This document shows positions 39,476 to 51,400 of a DNA stretch of 64,000 nt, piece after piece. Source of the stretch: Schmidtea polychroa (lineage: Eukaryota). The stretch spans positions 81,654,001 through 81,718,000 of the forward strand of contig CM097885.1 of the NCBI GenBank assembly GCA_044892525.1. Reading direction: 5' to 3'. The position numbers were made by a program, and so were the translations under genes. Numbering within the stretch: position 1 is the stretch's first letter; each line of letters starts with the position of its first letter. The notes below the pieces were generated by a model. The model ran no database searches, had not been told where the DNA came from, and worked only from the letters and a program-made list of their open reading frames with translations.

Positions 39476-42400
39476 TTGATTCGTGTAAGCAAAGGCAACA
39501 CGATATCATATTTTCATTGTAGACATCCATCCAACCAAGTCAATTCAGAACCAGCTCAAGAGGAATCCAGAGAATATACAAACAACCCAGGAAAAGCAAT
39601 TCAGAACCCGCACAAAGGAAGACAATATCAAAACCGAACTCGACCAATTCAGCAGACGCTAACCGTAGAAAATCCACGTGAAAAGACAGAAAAGAGTAAA
39701 AGGAAAATCACGGATAAACCCAACCTTAGATCTTCAAGTAAGCCAGGAGACGTATTATTTTCAGGAGACGAATTAGATCAACTCAAAAGAGGACGATCAT
39801 TTAGGCAGCAGAGAGGAATATCACAAGGAGCAAAAAGACCCCACAAAACACCGATATACGATCAAGAAAACCCCACAGCCGGACATACGCCCAGCCGATC
39901 TAGAAGTAGAGAAAGTCTATCCGATATAACCAACAACCTAACCGGGTCAACAGAAGAATTATCCGTCCATAGCTTAGCTACATCGCTGGAAAATTTAAAA
40001 GAAATAATAGAGTTTCAAGAACCAATTAAGATGAATGTGGTAAAAACTGACGAGTATAAGGAAAAATTTAGAGGCGAACCATTCAACGGGAATGCGAACA
40101 AGTTGGCAACGTTCATAACCAACTTTGAAGTCTATATCGATGTGTGTGGATGGACACCCGAAGCAATTAGTAAACGAATGCCTCTGTTTTTGTGCGATAG
40201 CGCACTCGAAGTATATCTGGAAGCAAAAGAAAGAAATACGAAATTAGACAATTGGGAAAACATCAAAACATTTTTGAGAAAAACATTCGGAGCCAGCAAA
40301 CCAATAAATCAAGCGTTAGGTGAACTGGCAAGTAGAAAACAAAGAGCAAACGAGTCAATTACGTTATACGCAAGTGAATTGCGAAGATTGGCAAAGAAGG
40401 CCATGAACGGAAACTTGCCGGAGGAAAATTTAATTGGTTACTTCATAGAAGGACTACGCCGAGAAGAGGTAAGGGCCTCGGTGGGATGTCAAATGTGTAA
40501 AACACTAGAAGAAGCCATAGATTGGGCCACAAGATGCGAACTACACCTCCCAGCACAAATGAACGTCATGCAAGAGGAGGGAAGAATCGCAACAGCAACG
40601 GTGAAAACGGAAAATGGGGATAACAATAATCATGAACCCAAGATGAATCAGTTTATACCAGGAGCACATCAAATTTTCAAACCACCACAAGGACGATCAA
40701 ACGGGAATAACAGTGAACGCAACAACTCGAACAATGGGAACAACTTTAATAATCGACGAAATATGAACGATAACAAACAATGCCGAACATGCGGTAAACC
40801 AGGACATTGGGATAGAGATTGTTACCGAAACGCAAATTGCAATAGGTGTGGACGACGAGGACACACGGAAAATATATGCCAATCGAGAGGATGTTTTAAC
40901 TGCGGGCAACCAGGTCATATCTCAAGAGACTGTCGAGAAAGGAGCCAACAGCAACGACCACCACAGCGAAATAATAACTATGCACCAAATCCGCAACGAC
41001 AAAGTAATCCTAGTGAGGGAAAGCAAATGAATGTGATGCAAGAAATTTCACAAATGAAGCAGATGATGCAACAAATGATGAGACCGAGACAAGAGCAAGT
41101 ACCACAACCAACCCAGAATATACGCATGATGAGAAGCACCGAGAATCTTAACAATTATGAAGTGCAACAACATGCACAAGAATGGCAAAGACTACAAGCT
41201 GAAGAAGAAAGGATAAAAAGAGAGCGAATTCAGCAGCGACAAGAACAACCACTACGAATAAATATGATGAGGATGGTAAAGGAGATAAAGGAGCAATATT
41301 GTTACAATTACGGTAAAAATCCAAGAGTTGTACCTATGAGCGAACCAGAGAAACCGAAAGAAACAATTACAGCAGCAAAAAAGGAAAATTCAACAACACC
41401 ACTAAAAGGAAATCAGAGAATTCAGAAAATATTTTGGAAAAAGATAAAAGATAAAATCGAAAGAGAAAATGAGCAAACAAAAACAGAAGCAGAAGCAGAA
41501 AATAACGAAAATGAAAAACAGATTAATCATCTAAAGCATAATATGATACGAGAATTAGACTCAGAGGAGCTAACGATACTCGAGAACAACAAGTTAAAGA
41601 AAGTACCAAGAATGAGAAATTTACGAATTAATATGATGAGGACAACAAAGAAGGTGTTGTCAACAGATGACGATGAGGATTATGTGAGTAGCCTTGGTGG
41701 AGAAATGTTACAGTTAAATGAAAATATCGACCAACTAAGAGAAAAGATCGGAGCAGAGGAAGATGAAAGAGAAAGCGACGTGACAAGCGAAAGCGAAGAC
41801 GAGAATATCGAAATGAAATTGAGAAAAGAAAGAGAAGAAGCGATAAAACAAGTAAAGGAAATACTTCCAGTAGTGGTAAGAAACCAGGAATTCATTGACT
41901 TCATACCATACCGACGCTTCATACAAAAGATAATGAAACTAGAAAGAAACGAAAAAGACCTAATACCAAACGAGGAAAAAGCGATAATAAAGAAGTATAT
42001 GGAAAAAATGAAACAAGCGGAGACAACACGCTATGTAATAAAAATCGGAACGAGTAAAGGACTCGAGAGAATATGGATAAAAAATGCAGTCACAGACGAG
42101 CTTTTTGATTGGATAAGAGAACATTTGGGCAGCTCGAGAAAGAAAGAATACCTGTATCAATATCAAGGAGAACAAATCAAACCAGACATGCACCTAATAG
42201 ATGCATTGATCTGGCCAGGAGAAACTCAAATATTGAAATTGTATAAAGAGAAACAACCAGCAAATATTCACGAATGGGCTAAAGACGCCAAGGCCGAATA
42301 CGATTTTAACATCAAGCTGAAGCTGGAACAAATAAAACAATGCACCTTGCGACGAAATCTAGATAAATTAATCAAACAAATTCAAGAACAAGTCGAAGAT

Positions 42401-45400
42401 AACTGGGATTTACTCATAGCAAGACGAACTCCAGACATGCATGAGCTAATGAGCCGATTACGAGATACAGAATTGCTCAGGATGAGCGATTGGAGAACCA
42501 TAAATTTGATCCACAAATATGGCAGGTTGAAAGAAACGCAACCGCAGAAATTAGAAATAACCATATGGTTACCAAACGAGGAGAAACGACGAATAAAGAT
42601 GAGTAATCAGAGTACGGTAGATGACTTAGTAACCAAGATAAACCAAGAGATAACGGAAAAAGTACGAAGCGAGAGTAGCGACGGGATGATAGATGACGTA
42701 GTCATGATGTACGATAAAATAATATTACGGGCCGAAGACGACACCTCGCTAAGCGAAATGGGAATGTGGGATAATCATCAAATCATCAGAATATTGCCCA
42801 TGGACGAATTCCGAACAAGAGATATAACATACCAGAAAGAAATACGAGACAGGATGAAAACGCTATATCAAAAATCAGTAGAAATAATTGAAATTCATCA
42901 ACAGTGGTTAAAAGAAAAAGAGCTTCAAGGAAAAATAAAGAAACTAAGTGTGAGATCCTGCAGACGAACCCCATGGGAAAGGACGTGGAATGCGGAAAAC
43001 AAAGAATGGAAAATCAGGAAAGGGATTTTCGTGGAAACAGACATTGGTGAGATAGAAAGTGAATCAGAAGAAGAGGAAGATGAACCTCCAAAATACGAAG
43101 AGGACGAAATAGAATCGACATCGGACGACGGAAGCGAAACGGATGTTACATCAGAAAGTGAAACGGAAACCAGACATATTCATGCGATGAAAAAGAAAGA
43201 ACGCGAATATGCCGATATGGATAGCGAAGAAGCGATGGAAGCTCGAGAACGAGAAGAGAAGGAAAGATATAAACAATTAGGTGATATCTTAGCAACGGGA
43301 ACAAAAAATCAAAAACGTCAAGTAATAGCATTGGCTAACATCATCCTAAAGACATCAGAGAATATCCACAATCTAAGAGAAATGGCGAAAGCGATTGAGG
43401 AATACAGACAATATAACGAATGGTACCCAGAACAGCTAGAACAAATTATTAGGAAATGGAGAAACCAAGAATGGGCACAAGATACCCAGGAAAGGTATCG
43501 TATCCGAGTCAAGTATCCCGACAAAAGCATTGAGGATACAGAAGTACATCCAACAACAAAGATCAGAGAGTTAAAAAAGAAATTAGCATACGAAACTCCG
43601 TTTCACCTACAACTATTCGGAAAATCGTTGGATGATAATGCAGATGTCGGAATAACACCCATGAGATTGGGGGAGATCAATGTATTGACAATGGCAGAAA
43701 CATTGGGAAAACCGATTAAAAGGAAGAACAAATCCAGTAAACCTACGAAAGGTAGCTTGAGTACACCAAGCCCTAACAAAGTGGCAAGTAAAACGAATGA
43801 AACCGAGGAAATCGAGGAAATTATATTGGAAGACAGCGATGAAGGAGCTGGAGAAAGATCACCAATTCTGGTAAGATGGCCGACAGGAGCCGAAATATGG
43901 ACAACAAGCCAACCGTCAACTAGCTATCAGCAGCCAAATAAGCTGAGTATCGAGGAGATTATCGATAATACAACAGAAACCGAAACCGACGAACAATTCC
44001 AACGACAGAAAGGACCAACGAAAGCAACACCAGAAGGTCAAACGGACAAAATAATAGACGAATGGAACGAATGGCTAAGAAATAACGATAGCTCATTGCC
44101 AAGAACGGATAACGAGAGAAACCCGAATTATGAAAATACAAGGGAAGCCGGAACAATGATGGAAAAACGGGCAAAAGGGAGACCCAAGAAGCAAGGAGAA
44201 AAACCGGAATTTAAAACTAGAGAACAACTGAAACAAGAACAAGGACAAGTCAGATTAGAGAAACTGGATAAAATAGTGTGGGATCTAAAAGAGGCCCAGC
44301 CAACTATCGAAAGAGGCGAAAAATGGATACGAGAGCTAGTAAAAGATATGCTAATAATAACGAACCCACAATTGCGACGGTTATGGCAACGAAAAGTAGC
44401 AAGCGTAGACGCCAGACAACTATGGAATACAATATCCGGAATAATTCCGAAATTAATCAAAGAGAAGACAAAAACCACTAAAACCGATTGGGAAGAGACA
44501 AGAAGAGTAATTGAACAATTAACTTTAAACGCAAACGACGACGAACATCATTTAGTAGTATTAACGTATCTAATGTACAATTTGATGGGATTAGCAGCAA
44601 GGAAAATACCTAACAAACAATTCGCAAATCATGTAGAAATGACCGTCACAATCATTGAAAATACAATCGAACCACATATCATCCGCGCCGGTGGGTGGAA
44701 AAGACTCATACAAGCGCCACGAAAAAACGAGCAAGAGAGATCAATGCAAATTCGGTTGAAGAAGTTACTACATGAGCTAGAATGGGAATTGCCATTGAAA
44801 GACCCAGCCAGCAGAAAAGCGTCGATTAATTCACTAATGATGACCATGATGATATGGATGCTCTGCACCAGTGGAGCCGCGGGATTTACTATTTACGACT
44901 GTGACAATTCGATAATAGGAGAAAGATACTCCCTGAGAGATATAGAGGAATGTAGACAGGCGTCTCCGAATAAATTAGATATAGTAAAGAAGAAAGTCTC
45001 CTATCACGTATACCAAGAATCAGATTTCATTAGAACGCAAGCTAGAGAATGCGTAGTATCAAAGAAAGTGTTGGCATATTACTGTGGACAATACTCATAT
45101 TCAACCCTTATATTACCGGGATTAGATAAAGAAATAGTACCTATACAACGGGAAGACTGTAAAGAGCTTTTTAGAACCGGAGCAATGAGAATCAGGGATG
45201 GAGTAACAATACACGGACAAAGCGGAATGATCAAGACAGAAAGTATCTATGTCGCTGGACGAGTAAAATCAACTGATGGATCATGTAACGGAGGCACATA
45301 TACGATCCGAGGAGAGGTGATATCGGGAGTAGTAGTAATTGAGTCCTACACAGTGGAGTTGAAGGAATACGAAGCACAATTCGACGCGAACAACTATCAA

Positions 45401-48400
45401 ATGAAAACCAACCCAGCATGCAGAGCTACGGAAAACGTGTGTAGAACGGGAATTTCGACTATAATATATGAAGCTAACACCCAAAAATGCCGACTCCAAT
45501 TGTTAAAAAGTGCTCTATTCAATGAAGTAAAAGGAGAAATTTACGAAAACGAGGATGACGATGAAGAGAATGGAAACGTAAGGATGCGAAATGGGAAACC
45601 AGTTCCGCCATCCCCCAAAGAAAAGAGACTCACAACCCAAAAAACACCAACGGCATTAATTACAGATGACCCAGATATCGGCATGAGATTCATTAGAGAA
45701 AAAGAGACCACCAAATGTGACAGCATAGTATACCGGACGAACTACGCAGGTATCTACATGTCCAGGCAAGTAATAGACCGAGCAGTGGGAAAGGTAGCAA
45801 CAGAGGACGTAAAATTGTACCTGTACGCCAATAACAAAATGGACTTTTTATTTCACCGAGGACAAACGACAATGCAAAAAGTGTATTACGATCTTATACA
45901 AAATGACTGTTCATTGAATAAAGAGATACTAAAAACAAAATTAGCCATCGCAATAACACACCCAGATAACACAATGCCATCACTCCCGTTACCGGATGGA
46001 CATTTTGGTAGAATGGTGGGAGAGGTAATGTATACATATGCATGTACCAAGACATTTGCGCGACTGCCAAGAAAGCCCACAATTCCACCAGGGAAATGTG
46101 CAAACGAGTTAGAAATTAGTTACAAAGGGCGAAACAGATTCGTTCAACCCGTCACTCGAATAATGAACCCAATTGGATTTTACCCGAACACCTTTAACTG
46201 TTCAAATGCATACGGACCGTTATATGAAAAACCCGATGGGAAATGGATAATGTTACCGGTAAAAACCGAAGTACAAGAACCTAAAAAGTTTGGACTAATA
46301 GAACTCGCAACAGAACAAGATTTCAAACCAATTGATGTGTCAAAAGCAGGTATGTACTCACCGGAGGATTTAGAAACGGCACGATTAAACGTATTATTCC
46401 CAGCAAGACGGGAATCCATTCTATCGAATATGGTTACCATAACTGGGGGAACGAATTTCCAGTCAGGCCCCAATTACGAACTATTATTGTCACCTGATCA
46501 TTTTCAACAAGCCACGTCAAACATGATGAAAGCAATGTGGGGAAGATTTCTAGTGTTCGGTCAAATGATGGCAGGAATATTGGGAATCATCTTAATTATT
46601 CAGATCGTCAGAGTAATATTAACTCAAATGTTAGCGTGTTTTGATATCTATAAGAGAGAAAAGAAGGTAAATTGGAAATTAATAGTAGGCTTTCTACCAT
46701 TTTTGGCGAAAACAATGGTGTTGCACGGTCATTCTAAAGACATACACAGAATAAAACGATTGATCAAAATACTGACAAAAATAAAAGGAACTGACGAGGA
46801 AGTCGGTAGACGATTTCGGAAAACGATGTATGATGAAGCAACAAGGACGCAACTGAAAAAGAACAAACCAAAATTCTTAGACAGATTTAGGAATCGATCA
46901 AACAGCAGCGATAGTGATGATGACGACAACGGGAATGACAAATACCCATATCCAAGTAGAAACCCGAATGAAAAGCCAATAGAAACAGCACCATATTGGG
47001 AGAAAGAAAAAACAAATACCTGGATAGCCAACGGAAGTTACATACCACCAGATATCGTTGGACAACAAACAGCTTTGACCATGACACAAAATATGTATCC
47101 ACAGTTACCAAGTCAACCAGGAATGAACTATATGCCGACCCGAAGAACGAAAAGTGTAGACCAAGCGGACGACGTAAGAACGATAGCAGTGATGAGTTCA
47201 CCAGGAGGTGCGGCAGTAACAGTCATGATCCAAATCAACGGGAAAGAGACAAGCGCCATGATAGATACCGGAGCAAACGTATCAGCAATAGCAATAAACC
47301 AAATACCCAGTAAATGTTGGAAGGATATCGAACAAACAACTATCCATATTATTGCATGCAGTAAAGAAACCGTAGACGTAGTAGGAAGATGGTGGACTAC
47401 GTTACGATATCAGGATAACGAAATTGAAACGTATCTAGCGGTGATACCCAAACTGAGTGAACCATGTATAATCGGAACGGATTTAATGCCGGAATTATTT
47501 AAGGAAGTAGTAATCGATTTAACAACAATGTGTCTAAAAGACAAAATGGGTAGAATATGCAAGATGAACGCAATAATTAGATGTCCGGAGAAAATAATTG
47601 TACCCGCAAAATCACAGATGATATGTCAAATAAAAGTGGATGCAGGAATGGAAGGAGAAGTCATTTTTGAGCCAAGCAAATCATTCGAAAAACGACGAGA
47701 ATTACCATTAGCAAGAGAAATAATAACAATAAATGAAGACGGGGAAATACCAATTAACATCACAAATTTCGAGGAAGAAGACAAGATCATATATGAAAAT
47801 GAAAGATTGGGTAGATTGACACCCATGATAGACATCGAATTACCAAAAATCACCAACGAAACAACGAAAGCGGACGAATTATGGATAATTGATAGCACCT
47901 TGCTAACGGAAAAAGAAAAGGAGAGACTTCAACAATTATTGATAGAATATAAAGATATATTCGCAATTTCGGATTTAGATTTGGGAGCATGCGATGTTAC
48001 ATTACACGCAATACCATTAATAGACGAAACTCCAATCGCACTACGCCCATACAAACTAGCAGAGAAGCAAAAAGAGATAGCCGAAGCCGAAGTACAAAAA
48101 ATGCTAGATGCACAAGTGATCGAACCAAGTTGTTCGCCATGGCAATTTCCAGTAGTCATGGTGAAGAAAAAAGACGGTACTCAGAGATTCTGTATCGATT
48201 ATCGGAAATTAAATGCAGTAACAAAAAGAGACACATACCCGTTACCAGACATCAATGAGATGTTACTTATGTTACAGGGGGCCGCATATTTTACATCTTT
48301 AGATCTGAAAAGCGGATATTGGCAGATCAAAGTCAAGGAGGAAGACAAAGAGAAAACAGCATTCACATTGGGCCGAGATCTATACCAATTCAGGAAAATG

Positions 48401-51400
48401 CCGTTCGGACTGACCAATGCCCCAGCATCATTCCAGAGATGTATGAATTTTGTCACACACGGGATCAAGCAGTGTATGGTATATATTGATGATTTATTAA
48501 TATATTCAGCAACATTCGAACAACATTTGGAAGATATCAGAAATGTGTTCGTTCGATTACGACAATGGAAACTGAAACTTAAACCATCCAAATGTGATTG
48601 GGCAAAAGAAAAAGTTACGTTCTTAGGACACATAGTGTCAGCAAAAGGCAAAGAACCAGATCCAAGAAACCTAGAAAAAATAAAAACATGTCCAGCACCA
48701 AAAACTGTCACCCAAGTTCAAGAATTTCTCGGATTATGCGGATATTATCGAAAATTCATCAAAAACTATGCAGGTATTGCGAAACCAATACAGGAATTAG
48801 TGAAAAAGGATATTTCATTTATTTGGGGTGCAGAACAACAAAAAGCGTTTGAGACATTGCGAGATAAATTAATTGAAGCCCCAATACTAGTACATCCTGA
48901 TTTCAAGAAACCGTTCCTATTAGCAACAGATGCAAGTGGATATGCAGCCGGAGCAATATTAGGACAACTGGATGAAGAAGGAAAAGAAAGAGTAATTGGA
49001 TACTACAGTAGAACGTTTAAAAAGCACGAGAAAAACTATTCCGTAACCGAGAGAGAAGCGTTAGCAATCATACAAGCAATTAAACATTTTCGATATTTGT
49101 TATGGGGACACGAAATATGTATCACCACGGATCATCAACCATTAGTATGGCTTGGTCAACACAAAGAAGCTTCAAGTAGATTGATGCGATGGGCAATGCA
49201 GTTACAAGAATATTCACCGTTCATAAAATTCAAAGCGGGAAGAGCGAATGCCAATGCGGATTGTATGTCCAGATTTATCTTTCCAGATTTAGTAGATCAC
49301 GAAATGCAACGAATATGTCTGATGGTAGCAGAAGATTTAGATTTTTGCCAATTACGGAAAGACCAACAAGAGGATACAGAGTTGAAGCAAATCATTGAAT
49401 ATGTGAAAACAGGGAAAGCAGAGGTATATGAGAAAGATCAAAAATTGAAGGAGCACATGGATAAACAACGACATCGATATATTATCGAGAAAGATTGGTT
49501 ATTGATAATGGATGGCGAGAAAAGACTGATGTGCATTCCCGAGAATAGACGTAAAGATCTACTAACACAATACCATGACGGAAGACTCGGAGGACATATG
49601 TCATCTAAAAAGACGTTGGCACGAATGAAACAAAAATATTTTTGGCCTACATTGACCGAGGATGTAACGGAATGGGTGAAAAATTGCATAACTTGCGCAA
49701 CCAGAAAAAACACGGGAACAAAATGGAAGGCACCATTAAAGCCAATGCCAGTGCCAGCAGAACCGATGACAATGATATCAATGGACGTAGTCGGTCCACT
49801 ACCAGAATCAGATAGAGGAAATATATATATATTAGTAATCACAGATTATTTGACAAAATTCCCCGAAGCATTCGCAATGGCAGATCAGAAAGCAAGAACA
49901 ATCGCAAAAATATTAGTAGAGGAAATATGTTGTCGATATGGAACGCCGAAACAAATACTGACGGATCAAGGAACGAATTTCATGAGCGAAATAATGAGCG
50001 AAGTCACCAACTACTTCAAGATCGCAAAATTAAGAACATCACCGTACCATCCACAAACTAATGGTATGACAGAAAGATTCAATGGAACACTGATTCAAAT
50101 GTTATCAAATTATGTCGATCGTCATCAACGAGACTGGGATGAATATATAAAATTATGCCTCATGGCTTACAGAATGTCGATTCACGCGTCCACAAAGATG
50201 AGTCCGTTCAAGTTGATGTACGGCAGAGAATGCAATATGCCAATGGATTTAGAATATCAGCCACCGATATCACAGTACATGGAAATAGACGATTATGTAA
50301 CCAAGTTCAAGGAAAGAATGCAGGAAATCTGGGAAACCGCAGGATTGAATATAAAATTTTATCAAGAAAGTTACAAAGAGTTACATGATAGAAAGAAAAA
50401 CGTCAAACAGCATACGTTTCAAACAGGCGATTGGGTGATGATTGAAACACCAGAATTAATTCCAGGAACCACCAAAAAATTACAACGAAACGGTAAAGGG
50501 CCGTATGAGATTCTATTCGTCGGAGAAACTAATGTAAGAGTACGATTAGTGAACAACCCTTTTACAAGGCCAATATATGTAAATGTTGCACGATGTAAGC
50601 CAATTCCGAAAACCGCCACCAGTCAGCCAGAAGGACGTACACTAACGACAAGATCACAAACGTATAGAATAAACATGTTACAGCAAATAAACGAACCAAC
50701 AGGTAATCGATTAGGGTTACAACCATCAGAAGCCGAGAAAATCATAAGGGAAGTAAAAGTTAAAATGCCCGGATGGGCAGAAGACAGATTAGATTTTGAG
50801 ATATTGGGAGGTCTGCTAACAATGATCGAAAATTATGCAAACCGAGAAAGAACACACCCATTGCTCAGGGTAGTTAAAAGTCAATGGCCTATATTATTCA
50901 CGATCACAGACCACTACGGAGACACACCCCTGCACAAGCTTTTAAAGGTGGGTAGTAACGAACAGATATTAGAAACAATTGAAGCATTTCGCGATTGTAA
51001 CATTTCGACAGATCAAGAAAACAACCAAGGTTACACTCCACTAATGATAGCAGCCAATCGGGATAAAGCTAAAGATATTATCATCGCATTACTCGAAACT
51101 GGGTCAAAGATAACCACACAAGATCACAACCAGAAAAATGCATTACATCATGCAATCGAAGGGAAAAGTACGGAAGCCTTCATAATCTTAGTAGATCTAA
51201 TATCATACGAGGATAATAGAGAAATAGGAAACATGTATGACGGGCTATTAACTGCAATCAAAGAGAAACTAACAACAATTACTGGAATACTAATTGCATG
51301 GAGGAACCCGATAAAAAACGACTATATGGTAGATATAAACGAAACATTTACCAAAGGAGAAAACACCTTGATGAGAGAAGCGATGAGAGGACATCACCTA

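Noticed and set aside
39472-39522. Mini-intron supplying an ATG to the first 185 ATG-less codons of the polyprotein
   Set aside because: The good donor (GTAAGC, 39485) gives the wrong frame; the in-frame donor (39483) is weak and the intron would be only 40 nt. The true start is left unresolved.
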